Assembly: GCA_016199985.1 (NCBI GenBank)
Contig: JACQFQ010000020.1
Location: 84,978 to 148,977 of the forward strand
Length of the DNA stretch: 64,000 nt
Direction of reading: 5' to 3'
From: Verrucomicrobiota bacterium
GTDB taxonomy: Bacteria; Verrucomicrobiota; Verrucomicrobiia; Limisphaerales; UBA11320
A program made the translations under genes and the position numbers. The notes under the pieces were generated by a model. That model made no database searches and was not told where the DNA came from. It worked only from the letters and a program-made list of their open reading frames with translations. Of this stretch, positions 19,118-29,288 are shown in pieces. Positions within the stretch are counted from its first letter, which is position 1. Each line of letters starts with the position of its first letter.

Positions 19118-20131
19118 ATGAGCGATGTTCATCACCCACTCGAGCCGCTGGACGGACGGCAGCTCCGGACTTTCATTACCCTCGCGAAAACGGGCAGTTT
19201 CACGCAGGCGGGAAGGGAGTTGTCGGTCACTCAGTCCGCTGTCAGCCATGCGATGAAGGCGCTAGAACGCGACATCGGTTGTCGTCTTTTTGACAGGCTG
19301 GGTAAGAAGGTGCATCTCACTCCGGCCGGAGAGCATTTTCTCCATCACGCCGAGCGAATCGTCGGCGCCATGACCCAGGCGAGGACGACGATGGGACATC
19401 TGGAGAAGTGGGGGCAAACCCACCTGAGGATCGGCGCGAGCGCGGAGGCCTCCCAGCATATCCTCCCCAGCGTGCTGCAGGAGGTGTTACGAAACTTTCC
19501 GCAGATCCTGCTGACGATCGAGCCTTGCGACGACGCGGGCGCGAAGGATCTGCTGGAGGGCAGGCGGATCGATCTAGCGCTCACCCTTCGTCCCGAGGCG
19601 AACGGGGCGATGCAATTCGAGCCCGTCTTCAGCGACGAGCTCGCGCTCTTCGTTGGCCCGGATCATCCCTGGGTCCGCGCGGGCCATGTCGCGCGCGCCG
19701 ACCTGGAATCCCAGCCGTTTCTCCGCTGCTGCAAAGGAAGCAGGACGGACCGCCTCATCGACGCCTATTTCAAGCACGAGAACATCACCCTGAACAGCGC
19801 CGTTGAGGTGGGGTCCATGGAGGCGGTCAAGACGCTCGCGACGCTGGGAGTGGGCGTTGGCGTCCTGCCGCCCTGGGTCGCTCGACGCGAACTCAGGGAG
19901 GGAAGCCTGGCGATGTTTCCGTTGGGCAAGCGGAAGCTCAAGCGCTACTGGGGCATCCTCCATCCCTCGGACCTCCCGCTGACGCTCGCGCAAGACGCAT
20001 TCCTGCGCTCGTGCCGCGAACGATGCGAGGCGCTGGGATTAGCGGACTCGGGCGCCGCTGCGTCCGACAGGGGAAGCCACGATGGGGGTTCAACGGCGGG
20101 CGCCTCCGCGCTCCCGCCGCTGCACGCTTAA
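19118..20131 (+). CDS. LysR-family transcriptional regulator (divergent from the Nrt/Cmp-like operon)
   Basis: N-terminal wHTH LRTFITLAKTGSFTQAGRELSVTQSAVSHAMKALERDIGCRLFDR, followed by a LysR substrate-binding domain (LRIGASAEASQHILPSVL...). Confidence 0.9.
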   Translation: MSDVHHPLEPLDGRQLRTFITLAKTGSFTQAGRELSVTQSAVSHAMKALERDIGCRLFDRLGKKVHLTPAGEHFLHHAERIVGAMTQARTTMGHLEKWGQTHLRIGASAEASQHILPSVLQEVLRNFPQILLTIEPCDDAGAKDLLEGRRIDLALTLRPEANGAMQFEPVFSDELALFVGPDHPWVRAGHVARADLESQPFLRCCKGSRTDRLIDAYFKHENITLNSAVEVGSMEAVKTLATLGVGVGVLPPWVARRELREGSLAMFPLGKRKLKRYWGILHPSDLPLTLAQDAFLRSCRERCEALGLADSGAAASDRGSHDGGSTAGASALPPLHA

Positions 20132-20133
20132 AT

Positions 20134-23100
20134 CTATCGGTTGAAGACGAATTCCGCCGAGTTCAGCAAGGCCCAGAGAACATCCTCGGTGGCGGTCTGT
20201 CTGGTCGCGCCGGGCGCTCCGTAGGCCTCCAGGGCGGTTCGCAGCTCGCGCGGCCTCGGCCCCCGCGACAGGGTCATCCAGTAGAGCTCCGTCACGATCT
20301 CGACGGACGTTCTCGCGCTGCCGGCCAACTCTCGCGTCCGGCCCTGGGGATGGCTGAGCTTCGCCTGCAGCCCTTTCGAATGCATCATGTGGAGGGACTG
20401 CACGACGCTCGTGTGCGAGTCCCGCTCGCAAGGGCAGTCGCTGCTCGAGTTCGGCCGCCCAAACGCGTCCAGGAACTGTGAATCAATCTTGTAGCTCCAG
20501 GTCTGCACCGCCCTCGCGCCCGGGGGCATCGCGGCAAAGGTCTCTGGAATCCCCGTCACATCGGCGACCGCGTCGAGCAACACCTCCGCCGGCAGCCTGC
20601 GTCGATAGGCTCGCGAAAAGTTTCGCGTGTCGTTCCCATTGCTGGAGTTGGGAGTCGCGCTGAGCTGATACAGGCGGGATCCCATCAAAGTGCGCATCAG
20701 CGCTTTCAAATCATAGCGCTCCCCGACGAACGTCTCCGCAAGCGCGGAGAGCAACGCCGTGTTGACGCAGGGATTTGAGATGCGGAAATCGTCGACAGGC
20801 TCCACAAGGCCGCGTCCGAAAAACGATGCCCAAACACGATTGACCGCGGCCTTCGCGAAGAACGGATTGCCGCGATCGGTGAGCCAGCTGGCCAGCGCGG
20901 ACCGGGGATCGGACGCGGAAGGTTTCGCGACCGGCCCATCCGGCGCCTTCGGGGCCATCACTTTCCCGCTCACCGGATGTCGCACCTCCCCGCCCGGGCT
21001 GTAGTAAAAGGTTTCCATGCCCGCTGAGATGGGAGGCGACAGCCCCGCGCCCTTCTGTTTCAACTGCGCGAAGTACGCGGCGAACTGATAGAAGTCCTCC
21101 TGCGCCCATTTTTCGTTCGGATGATGATGGCATCGCGCGCACTCCAGGCGGACGCCCAAGAACAGCTGGCTGAACATCGTGGTGAGATCCGCCGGCTCGC
21201 GCCGATCGCGGTAGATTACGGCCGGCCCCTCGCGGTGGTTCATTCCCTCCGCCGTGAGGATTTCCCTCACAAAGCGGTCGTAGGGCTTGTTCTCTTGAAA
21301 GCTCTCGCGCAACCACTGGTCCAGCGTGAAAATGCTCTTCACTCCGACGCGGTCTGGATTTGGTCGCAGCAGATCCGCCCACTTGTTGGCCCAAAAGTCG
21401 GCGTACGCGGGATCCGACAGCAGACGGTCGATCAAACGAGTCCGTTTGTCCTTCGAGTCATCAGCGGCGAACTCCCGCGCCTCCTCGGGCGTGGGGAGCA
21501 AGCCCAGCGCGTCCAGCTTGGCGCGGCGCAGGAATTCCTCGTCGGAGCAAAGCTCGGAGGGCAACAGCCCCAGCCGCTGAAACTGCGCGTAAGCGAGGTC
21601 ATCAATGAAGTTCTGCCGCGGCAGCGCGGCGTAGACGGACTCCGGGAAGAGCGCGTCGGCCGGAATCAGGACCTGCGAATCGGCGACGAAGCCCATATAT
21701 CGGGCCACGACGACCCCTTGCCCGGGCAAGTTTCCCATGGCGAGCCGGCCGGCGTCGTCCACCCGGACAATCTCCTTGTCGCTCGAAGCGAACGCGGCCA
21801 ATCCCGTGATGTCCCGAGTCGAGCCGTCGGAGTAGCGGGCCTGCGCCAGCAGGGTCTGGGAAGCTCCCTTGCGATATCGTCTCTCCTTGGGGAACACCTC
21901 GATGGACTCGAGCGCGGGTTCCTGAGGACGCGAAAAAACCATCCCGTCGCGAATCCATTGGGCGATCAGGTTGTACGTGGGCGACCCCGGCTCGAACCGC
22001 ACGCCGCCCTCGTGCGGCAGCAGGCCGGTCGGCTTCCTCAGGAGAAGGCTTTCCTCCGGGGCGGCGGGAAAAACGCGACGTCCTCGATCCTCCCGAACGA
22101 TCTCGGCGTAGTCGCTCTGCGGATCGTAGGAGAACACCGAGAGCTTGAAACCGTTTTGTCCGTCGGGCTTGGCGTGGCAGGCGCCGGCGTTGCATCCGGC
22201 CTTGCTCAGCGCCGGCAGAACGTCACGCGCAAAACTCGCGGGCGGCGCGACGCCCGCGGAGTCGTCCGTTCCCGCGCCGAGGACCTCGATCTCGATCTCG
22301 GCGGATTTTCCGGCGAAGTGAGTTTTCAAACGCCCCTTGCCCGGACGAAGCGGCCGCACGGCTCCGTAAACGCCCACGTCAAACGGAGCGCCGGGGCTCG
22401 CCATGAACCGGGCGGACGAGGTGACGTCCACTTCGAATCCATCCTGCGTCCGCGCGGACACGGCGACTCCGTGGGGCGCCGCGCCCGCCGCAAGAACGAT
22501 GCGCGGAGGCGACAGGCTCAGTGTTTCGACCGAGGCCGGATCGAAGGGCGCCTCGGAGGGCCTTGCTCTCCGAACCTCCGAACGAGCGGCCGCGATCCCC
22601 TGCGGGGCGCCTGAGGCCGGGCTCCGGCCCGGCGCCGTCGGTGAAACCACGATGGAGCGCCGCTCGGCCTCGATCCCTGAAGAAGGCGCCTTGGCGAGAA
22701 GCTTTCCGTCGCCATCCCACATGAACACCCGACCGTCCTCGCCGGCGGCGAAAACGCGGTTGCGATCGCGGGTCGCCGCCAGGGCGAACCCAGCGCTCTC
22801 CAGAGCGCCTATGCGCTGCTCCCGGCCGGACTCGGAGCTCTGCTCGCCGGTGTGCGCCTTGATATCCGTGAACCGAAGCACGACCCCATCCTCGCGAACA
22901 GCGAACAGCGCCTGCGTCTCGCTCAGCCACGCGAGCTTGGAGATCGCGGCGGTGTGCTGTCCCAGGCTTGTGATCTTCTCGCGGGTCGACACGTCCCAGA
23001 TCTTCATTTCCTTGTCGGCGCCGCCGCTCGCGACCTGCGTCGCGTTCGTGTTGAACGCCACGGTCAACACCTGGGAGTTGTGGCCCTCGAGCGTCGCCGT

Positions 23101-24117
23101 CTCGCGTCGGGCGCCCAAATCCCAAATCTTGATGAGCTTATCCCCGCCCGCGGTGACGCATTGTTTCCCATCGCGGCTCAATTGCAGGTCAAAGATCGTG
23201 TCCCGATGCGCCACCCAGCTCTGGACGGCGGCCTTGGCGTCGGACGCGACGGGAAGCAGCCGCAACATCCCGGGTTGTCCAAAGCCTCCGTCGGCGATCA
23301 GGAGAGTTTGATCGTCCGGAAGGAACTGCATCGCGGTGACGCGGCCAGTGATCCCGCGACGCCACTCGCGAACCTTCTGAAGGCCCCGCGCCGACCACAT
23401 TGCGACCCGTTGCATTCCGGCCGAGGCCAACCGCGCGCCGTCAGAGCTCCACGCGATGGATTGGATCGCGTCATCGTGAGCCTGCGTCGAGCCTTCGAGA
23501 ACCAGATTCGTCGCGCCCACCTGGTAGATCGTCAAGCGCCCTCCCCGCGCGGCCGCTAGGAAACGACCATCGGGCGAAAGCGCCAAGGCGAAGGCGGGAC
23601 GGTAGCCGTCGGGCAAAGCGGACATCGCGACGGGCGCGTCGGCGCTTTCGTCCCGCAGCGCGGTCGCGTCCCAAGCCGCCCCATCGGCAATCCATCGCCG
23701 CAGAACCCCGATTTGGACGGACGAGAGCTGCCGCTTCGGAGGCATGTGCGGGTCCGCGTCCGCGGCCAGAGCGGCGATGAGCCTGCTGCTCTCGGCATGT
23801 CCTGGCACGACCACGGGACCGCCTTCGGACCCGCCCCCTTTCATGAGGCCCTCGCGCGTCGTCAGGATCAGTCCGCCTTTGTTTTTCTCGGGATTGTGGC
23901 AGCCAAAGCATTCGGCCTTCAGAAGCGTCAAGGCCTCCCGCGCCGACTTCAGAGACGACGCAGGAATCGGCATCTCGGCCGCGCTCGCAGCGACCAACGC
24001 CAGAGTCAGGCAGGGAGCAATCAGTCGCGAAAGCGGACCGCGCGAAACCGGCCCAAACCGCGAGAAGAGCGGCGAAGGGCATCGGCGACGCACGGAGGAA
24101 TTCACGGGGTGAACCAT
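20134..24117 (-). CDS. 1327-aa exported PSCyt1 - WD40 - Big2-like - PSCyt2 (DUF1549) - PSD1 (DUF1553) protein
   Basis: Signal peptide. CFGCHNPEKNKGGL...HMPP (planctomycete cytochrome c-like PSCyt1). About 7 WD40-like repeats (e.g. LASAGMQRVAMWS, VTAGGDKLIKIWD, ASGGADKEMKIWD). CNAGACHAKPDGQNGFKLS (PSCyt2). FIDDLAYAQFQRLGL...FWANKWADLLR (DUF1549). ECARCHHHPNEKWAQEDFYQFAAYF (PSD1). Confidence 0.85.
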   Translation of the reverse strand: MVHPVNSSVRRRCPSPLFSRFGPVSRGPLSRLIAPCLTLALVAASAAEMPIPASSLKSAREALTLLKAECFGCHNPEKNKGGLILTTREGLMKGGGSEGGPVVVPGHAESSRLIAALAADADPHMPPKRQLSSVQIGVLRRWIADGAAWDATALRDESADAPVAMSALPDGYRPAFALALSPDGRFLAAARGGRLTIYQVGATNLVLEGSTQAHDDAIQSIAWSSDGARLASAGMQRVAMWSARGLQKVREWRRGITGRVTAMQFLPDDQTLLIADGGFGQPGMLRLLPVASDAKAAVQSWVAHRDTIFDLQLSRDGKQCVTAGGDKLIKIWDLGARRETATLEGHNSQVLTVAFNTNATQVASGGADKEMKIWDVSTREKITSLGQHTAAISKLAWLSETQALFAVREDGVVLRFTDIKAHTGEQSSESGREQRIGALESAGFALAATRDRNRVFAAGEDGRVFMWDGDGKLLAKAPSSGIEAERRSIVVSPTAPGRSPASGAPQGIAAARSEVRRARPSEAPFDPASVETLSLSPPRIVLAAGAAPHGVAVSARTQDGFEVDVTSSARFMASPGAPFDVGVYGAVRPLRPGKGRLKTHFAGKSAEIEIEVLGAGTDDSAGVAPPASFARDVLPALSKAGCNAGACHAKPDGQNGFKLSVFSYDPQSDYAEIVREDRGRRVFPAAPEESLLLRKPTGLLPHEGGVRFEPGSPTYNLIAQWIRDGMVFSRPQEPALESIEVFPKERRYRKGASQTLLAQARYSDGSTRDITGLAAFASSDKEIVRVDDAGRLAMGNLPGQGVVVARYMGFVADSQVLIPADALFPESVYAALPRQNFIDDLAYAQFQRLGLLPSELCSDEEFLRRAKLDALGLLPTPEEAREFAADDSKDKRTRLIDRLLSDPAYADFWANKWADLLRPNPDRVGVKSIFTLDQWLRESFQENKPYDRFVREILTAEGMNHREGPAVIYRDRREPADLTTMFSQLFLGVRLECARCHHHPNEKWAQEDFYQFAAYFAQLKQKGAGLSPPISAGMETFYYSPGGEVRHPVSGKVMAPKAPDGPVAKPSASDPRSALASWLTDRGNPFFAKAAVNRVWASFFGRGLVEPVDDFRISNPCVNTALLSALAETFVGERYDLKALMRTLMGSRLYQLSATPNSSNGNDTRNFSRAYRRRLPAEVLLDAVADVTGIPETFAAMPPGARAVQTWSYKIDSQFLDAFGRPNSSSDCPCERDSHTSVVQSLHMMHSKGLQAKLSHPQGRTRELAGSARTSVEIVTELYWMTLSRGPRPRELRTALEAYGAPGATRQTATEDVLWALLNSAEFVFNR

Positions 24118-24418
24118 GACGGGGAACGGGAAAGAGGTAAAGCGGACGATTCGGAGAAGATCAGGCGGTTGTGGACCAAACTCATGACAGACTGAGCCGA
24201 TTGGCGCAGACCCTCGTCCCTTCGAACGTTATCAGAAGGCGGGCCGAATACGTGCCGCTCCGGTTTTCTTTCGGCCTTCGCGCCACTCCTTTCGCGACCG
24301 GGCTTCACTCGACGGTCGAGAACGCCTCAACGCTTGGTCTCCCGTCCCGCTGTCCGAGCCCGGAGGATTTTTCTTTGGGCCAGGGCGCGTTTGGGGGAGG
24401 GTCGAGGGGCCTGAGCTC

Positions 24419-25399
24419 ATGGACACCGTCCTCTACCTGATCGGCAAGCTTCTCATTCGCTGCGCGCAGACGCTCCCCCTCCGCGCCGTCGCGCGCCTGG
24501 GACGCTGCGCCGGAGTCGTCGCGTATTGGGCGGATCGACGCCATCGCCGCGTCGCGATCGAGAACCTGCTCCGCGCTTTCCCGGACCGCTGGACTCGCGA
24601 CGATGCCGATGCCTGCGCGCGGGAGCACTTCCGCCGTCTCGGCGAGAGCTATTGCTGCGCTCTCAAAACGGCCGCGATGCCCTGGTCGGAACTCGCGGGC
24701 CATGTCGAGTTCGTCGGAGTGGATCAGATCCATGCCTGGCGACAGGCTCATCCCACCGGCTCCATGATCGCGTCGATCGGGCATTTCGGAAACTTTGAGC
24801 TCTACGGACGCTTCAACGAGCTGGCCCGGGGATTCCAATGCGCGTCCACGTATCGCGGGCTGCGCCAACCGGGCTTGAACCGGCTGATGGTGTCCCTGCG
24901 CGAACGATCGGGATCGAAGTTGTTCGAGCGACGTTCCGAGGCGGGGGCCTTGCGCAACGCCATGTCGTCCGGGGGGCTTCTGCTCGGACTGTTCGCCGAT
25001 CAGCACGCGGGCGATCGGGGCCTTCCCCTGCCTTTCCTGGGAAGGGTCTGCTCCACCAGCCCGGCGCCCGCGCTCTTCGCCTTGCGCTACGACGCGCCGC
25101 TTTTCGTCTGCGTGTGCTATCGGGTGGCGCTCGCGAGCTGGCGGATCGAAGTCAATCCCTTCATCGCGACTCACGTTGATGGCGCACCCCGCCCGATCGC
25201 CGACATCATGAGCGATGTGAACCGCCAATACGAGGACGCCATTCGCCGGGATCCCGCGAACTGGTTCTGGGTCCACAATCGCTGGAAGCCGGGAAAGCAT
25301 CGGCGCGTCCAGCCCGCGCCGACCGACGAGGCCGAATCCGACCCTGCCGAGGAGCCGTCCCCTCTCCCGGGGCGCGCGTCCGGTTTGAACCGCGGCTGA
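24419..25399 (+). CDS. Lipid A biosynthesis (LpxL/HtrB-family) lysophospholipid acyltransferase
   Basis: N-terminal hydrophobic anchor. RRHRRVAIENLLRAFP, and HFGNFE (HX4E/D acyltransferase motif). The overall length and pattern match the family. Confidence 0.7.
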   Translation: MDTVLYLIGKLLIRCAQTLPLRAVARLGRCAGVVAYWADRRHRRVAIENLLRAFPDRWTRDDADACAREHFRRLGESYCCALKTAAMPWSELAGHVEFVGVDQIHAWRQAHPTGSMIASIGHFGNFELYGRFNELARGFQCASTYRGLRQPGLNRLMVSLRERSGSKLFERRSEAGALRNAMSSGGLLLGLFADQHAGDRGLPLPFLGRVCSTSPAPALFALRYDAPLFVCVCYRVALASWRIEVNPFIATHVDGAPRPIADIMSDVNRQYEDAIRRDPANWFWVHNRWKPGKHRRVQPAPTDEAESDPAEEPSPLPGRASGLNRG

Positions 25400-25403
25400 A
25401 CGC

Positions 25404-26549
25404 ATGAGCGCTCCCTTTCCCGCCTCGGAACCCAGCGCGATCCTGGTGCGCGGCGTCAACTGGCTGGGCGACGCGGTCATGACCACGCCCGCGCTGCTTC
25501 GGCTGCGCGATCGGTTTCCGCGGGCGCGAATCACCCTGTTCACCCCGCAAAAACTCGCCGACCTGTGGACGGGCTTTCCCGGCGTCGACGAGGTGATCGC
25601 GTTCGCAGCCGACAGCTCCCTGCTGCGCGAGGCGCGACGTTTGCGCGCGCGGCGATTCGATCTGGGCATCGCGCTTCCGAACTCGCTTCGATCGGCCCTC
25701 GAGCTTTGGCTCGGACGCGCCCGGGAGCGGTTGGGCTTCGCGGGCAACGGCCGATCCCCGCTGCTCACGCGCGCCGCCGCGAGGCCCGTCGCCGAGGAGC
25801 GGATGATCAAGCGGAGCGCTGAGGAGATCCGCCGGTCGCTCCTGATCCCCGTGATGCCGCCCGCGATATCCCCCGAAGCGCACCACGTCCATCACTACCT
25901 CCGACTGATGGCCGAGGTCGGCGCCTCGATGGATCCGATCGCCCCCCGGCTGCGCGTGTTCCCCGAGGAGTTGGCGCGATTCGAGCAGTCCTTCATTCCC
26001 GCGCCCAGCGGTCCTCAGGGACCGCTGCTGGGCTTGAACCCTGGGGCCGAGTACGGACCGGCGAAGCGGTGGCCGGAAGAAAGGTTCGTGGAAACAGCGG
26101 CCCGGGTTCACCAGGCCACGCGATGTCGCTGGATCCTCTTCGGCGGCCCCGGTGATCGCGCCCTGACGGATCGGATCGCGTCGGGGATCGCGGAGAGGCT
26201 GAGCATTCGGGGAACGAGCCCATCGCCCGTGGTGAATCTCGCCGGCCGCACGGATTTGAGGGAGCTGATGGCGGGAATGGCCTCGTGTCGAGCGGTGTTG
26301 ACCAACGATTCGGGTCCCATGCACGTGGCCGCGGCGCTGGGAACTCCGGTGATTGTTCCCTTCGGCAGCACCAGCCCCGAGCTCACCGCGCCGGGACTCC
26401 CAGGTTCGACGGGACCGCATCATTTCCTTCGCGCCGGGGCGCCCTGCTCTCCGTGCTTCCTCCGGGAGTGTCCGATAGATTTGAGATGCATGACAAAGAT
26501 CACGGTCGAGACGGCGATCGAGGCGGTTCTCGCCGCGATCCGGGCGTGA
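25404..26549 (+). CDS. GT9 LPS heptosyltransferase (WaaF/RfaF-like)
   Basis: ILVRGVNWLGDAVMTTPALLRLRDRFP, GLNPGAEYGPAKRWP and TNDSGPMHVAAALGTPVIVPFGSTSP are typical GT9 heptosyltransferase motifs. Confidence 0.82.
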   Translation: MSAPFPASEPSAILVRGVNWLGDAVMTTPALLRLRDRFPRARITLFTPQKLADLWTGFPGVDEVIAFAADSSLLREARRLRARRFDLGIALPNSLRSALELWLGRARERLGFAGNGRSPLLTRAAARPVAEERMIKRSAEEIRRSLLIPVMPPAISPEAHHVHHYLRLMAEVGASMDPIAPRLRVFPEELARFEQSFIPAPSGPQGPLLGLNPGAEYGPAKRWPEERFVETAARVHQATRCRWILFGGPGDRALTDRIASGIAERLSIRGTSPSPVVNLAGRTDLRELMAGMASCRAVLTNDSGPMHVAAALGTPVIVPFGSTSPELTAPGLPGSTGPHHFLRAGAPCSPCFLRECPIDLRCMTKITVETAIEAVLAAIRA

Positions 26550-26685
26550 CAGGGCTTGCCGAGGGGTGGGCGAGGGGCTACAAAGGCGGCTCGTTTGCGG
26601 CGGCTCGGGTCCGGCGTCTGGTCATCCCCAGACACGAAAGTCCGCGTCGCCCTCGTCACAGACCGACAACGCATAGATATCTTTC

Positions 26686-28041
26686 ATGGCTTACACCACT
26701 GTTACACCGCCGTCCGGCGGCAAGATTTCCATCACCGCCGGCAAACTGAACGTCCCCGACCAGCCCGTGATTCCGTTCATCCGCGGCGACGGCACGGGCC
26801 CCGACATCTGGGCCGCGAGCGAGCGGGTGATGGACGCCGCGGTGCAAAAGGCCTACGGGGGCAGGCGGAAGATAACCTGGTTCGAGGTCTTCGCCGGCGA
26901 GGAGAGCTTCAAGCGGTTCAACAACTGGCTGCCCGACGACACCGTCCAGGCTTTCAACGAGTATCTGGTAGGCATCAAGGGACCGCTCACCACGCCCGTC
27001 GGCGGCGGCATCCGCTCGCTCAATGTCGCGCTGCGCCAGATGCTCGACCTCTATGTCTGCCTGCGCCCCGTGCAGTACTTCAAGGGCGTGCCCTCTCCGG
27101 TAAAGCGCCCCGAAAAAGTGGACATGGTGATCTTCCGTGAAAACACCGAGGACATCTACGCCGGCATCGAGTACAAAGCCGGGTCGCCGGAGTCGGCGCG
27201 CGTTCTGGAGTTTCTCGCGAAGGAATTCCCCAAGGACTTCGCCAAGATCCGGTTTGGCAGCGCGGACAAGATCGCGGATTACATGAACAAGGCCGCGAGC
27301 GGCCACGGCGCCCCGCCGGTCGAAGTCGGCGTCGGCATCAAGCCGGTGAGCGCGGTTGGCACGATCCGCCTGATGAAGGCCGCGGTCGAATACGCCCTCC
27401 GCTTCAAGCGCCGCAGCGTCACGATCGTTCACAAGGGGAACATCATGAAGTTCACCGAGGGCGCGTTCCGCGACTGGGCTTACAGCGCGTCCGAGCGCAT
27501 CTTCGGCGACAAGGTTTACACCTGGGCGCAATACGAACGGACCAAGAAGGACAAGGGCGAGGCCGCGGCGAACGACGAGCAGGCGGCCGCCTTGAAGTCG
27601 GGACGACTCCTCATCAAGGACGCGATCGCGGACATCGCGCTGCAACAGGTTCTCACCCGGCCGGACGACTTCGATGTCATCGCGACCCTCAACCTCAACG
27701 GCGACTATCTCAGCGACGCTCTCGCCGCGCAGGTCGGCGGCATCGGCATCGCCCCGGGCGGCAACATCAACTACGTGACGGGACACGCGATTTTCGAGGC
27801 CACCCACGGCACCGCGCCGAAGTACGCCAACAAAGACGTCGTCAACCCGGGCTCCGTGGTGCTCAGCGGCGAGATGATGCTGCGCTACCTCGGATGGGTG
27901 GAGGCGGCGGACCTGATCATCAAGGGCCTGAACGGGGCCGTTGCGAGCAAGCGGGTCACCTATGATCTCGCCCGTCTGATGGAAGGAGCGACCGAGGTGA
28001 AGTGCTCCGAGTTCGGCGACAATCTGATCGCCCACATGTGA
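26686..28041 (+). CDS. icd: NADP-dependent isocitrate dehydrogenase
   Basis: [75 protein letters not shown] and [11 protein letters not shown]. Confidence 0.95.
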   Translation: MAYTTVTPPSGGKISITAGKLNVPDQPVIPFIRGDGTGPDIWAASERVMDAAVQKAYGGRRKITWFEVFAGEESFKRFNNWLPDDTVQAFNEYLVGIKGPLTTPVGGGIRSLNVALRQMLDLYVCLRPVQYFKGVPSPVKRPEKVDMVIFRENTEDIYAGIEYKAGSPESARVLEFLAKEFPKDFAKIRFGSADKIADYMNKAASGHGAPPVEVGVGIKPVSAVGTIRLMKAAVEYALRFKRRSVTIVHKGNIMKFTEGAFRDWAYSASERIFGDKVYTWAQYERTKKDKGEAAANDEQAAALKSGRLLIKDAIADIALQQVLTRPDDFDVIATLNLNGDYLSDALAAQVGGIGIAPGGNINYVTGHAIFEATHGTAPKYANKDVVNPGSVVLSGEMMLRYLGWVEAADLIIKGLNGAVASKRVTYDLARLMEGATEVKCSEFGDNLIAHM

Positions 28042-28093
28042 GAGCCCGGGCCCGTCTCCCGCTGGGCGCGACGGTCGCGCGGCCGGAGCGACC

Positions 28094-29263
28094 ATGAGAA
28101 CCCTGCGCTGGTATCTGCTTCGCCAGACCCTGGCGACGCTCGGGATGACGGTGTTGGTTTTCACCTTCATCCTGCTGCTGGGCGAATCTCTAAAGGAGAT
28201 CTTCGCCCTGCTGGTGAACGGGCAGGTGGGCGCATGGACGCTGGCGCAGGCCGTCGGGCTGCTGGTTCCATTCGTCCTCGTCTTCGCTCTGCCGATGGGC
28301 CTGCTCACCGCGATGCTGCTCGTCATGGGACGATTCAGCGCGGACCAGGAACTGACCGCCGCGCGGGCCTGCGGCATCAGCCTTGTCGCCCTCGTCTCCC
28401 CGCTCATCGCGCTCTCCATCCTCTGCGCCGGCCTCTGCGCGGCGATCAACCTCGAGTGGGCCCCCGACTGTCGCGCCGCCTACAAGCGCCTGCTGTATCA
28501 GGCCGGCGCCGACCAGATGGGGGCCTGGCTTCGCGAGCGGGTTTTCATCAGGGATTTCCCCGACTACATTCTCTACGCCGGGAAGGTGGAAGGAATGAAG
28601 ATGGAGGACGTGCGGATCTATCGGCTCGACTCGGAGGGGCAAAAGAGGAGCTATCTTTGGGCGAGTGAAGGGAAGGTGGAACTGGACCGGACGAATCGTC
28701 AGGTCACCTTCACGCTGTTCGACGGACGGGAGTTGGTGAAGGACACCGGGCTTGAGCCGGCGTGGCACTCGTTCGGCGAGCTCCAGGTGCCTCCCCTGAA
28801 GCTGCCCGCCCAGTTCGCGGAGAAGCCGCGACTGAGCAACATGAGCTTCCGGCAGCTCGGACGCGAACTCGCGGAGGTCGAGGCCGCCCTTCAGGCCAAC
28901 GCTCCCGCTGGGAAATTCACATCCGAGGAACTGCGCGCGAAGCTGCGCGAGCTCGCCGTCGCCAGCGAGGCGCTCACCGAGCCCATCCGCCTTCAGATGC
29001 ACCGTCAGGCGTCCTTCTCGTTCGCTTGCGTGGGCTTTGCGCTGGTGGGGATTCCCCTGGGAATCCGGGCGCATCGACGGGAGACCAGCGCGGGATTTGC
29101 GCTGAGCCTCGTTCTGGTGGTGGTTTACTACAGCTTTTTCATCCTCGCTCAATCGCTCGAAGCGCGTCCGGAGCTCTATCCGCACCTGCTGGTTTGGGCG
29201 CCCAACATCCTTTTCCAAACCATCGGGGTCTTGCTGCTGTGGCGATCCAACCGTCGAGGCTGA
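28094..29263 (+). CDS. LptF/LptG-family (YjgP/YjgQ) LPS export permease
   Basis: MRTLRWYLLRQTLATLGMTVLVFTFILLL..., three N-terminal helices, a central periplasmic beta-jellyroll-like region and three C-terminal helices. Only one copy is present here. Confidence 0.78.
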   Translation: MRTLRWYLLRQTLATLGMTVLVFTFILLLGESLKEIFALLVNGQVGAWTLAQAVGLLVPFVLVFALPMGLLTAMLLVMGRFSADQELTAARACGISLVALVSPLIALSILCAGLCAAINLEWAPDCRAAYKRLLYQAGADQMGAWLRERVFIRDFPDYILYAGKVEGMKMEDVRIYRLDSEGQKRSYLWASEGKVELDRTNRQVTFTLFDGRELVKDTGLEPAWHSFGELQVPPLKLPAQFAEKPRLSNMSFRQLGRELAEVEAALQANAPAGKFTSEELRAKLRELAVASEALTEPIRLQMHRQASFSFACVGFALVGIPLGIRAHRRETSAGFALSLVLVVVYYSFFILAQSLEARPELYPHLLVWAPNILFQTIGVLLLWRSNRRG

Positions 29264-29288
29264 CACGTTGGCCGCGAGTCGCGGCGCC

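Noticed and set aside
19050-19139. Longer nrtA-like start at 19139
   Set aside because: It would overlap the divergent LysR coding start (19118) and would add 30 residues before the Tat signal. The clustered ATGs at 19034-19049 give a normal signal-peptide length.
26656-28449. 597-aa minus-strand ORF
   Set aside because: It is antisense to the clearly identified icd gene and the lptF/G-like start. It has no motifs and shows high-GC shadow-frame composition.
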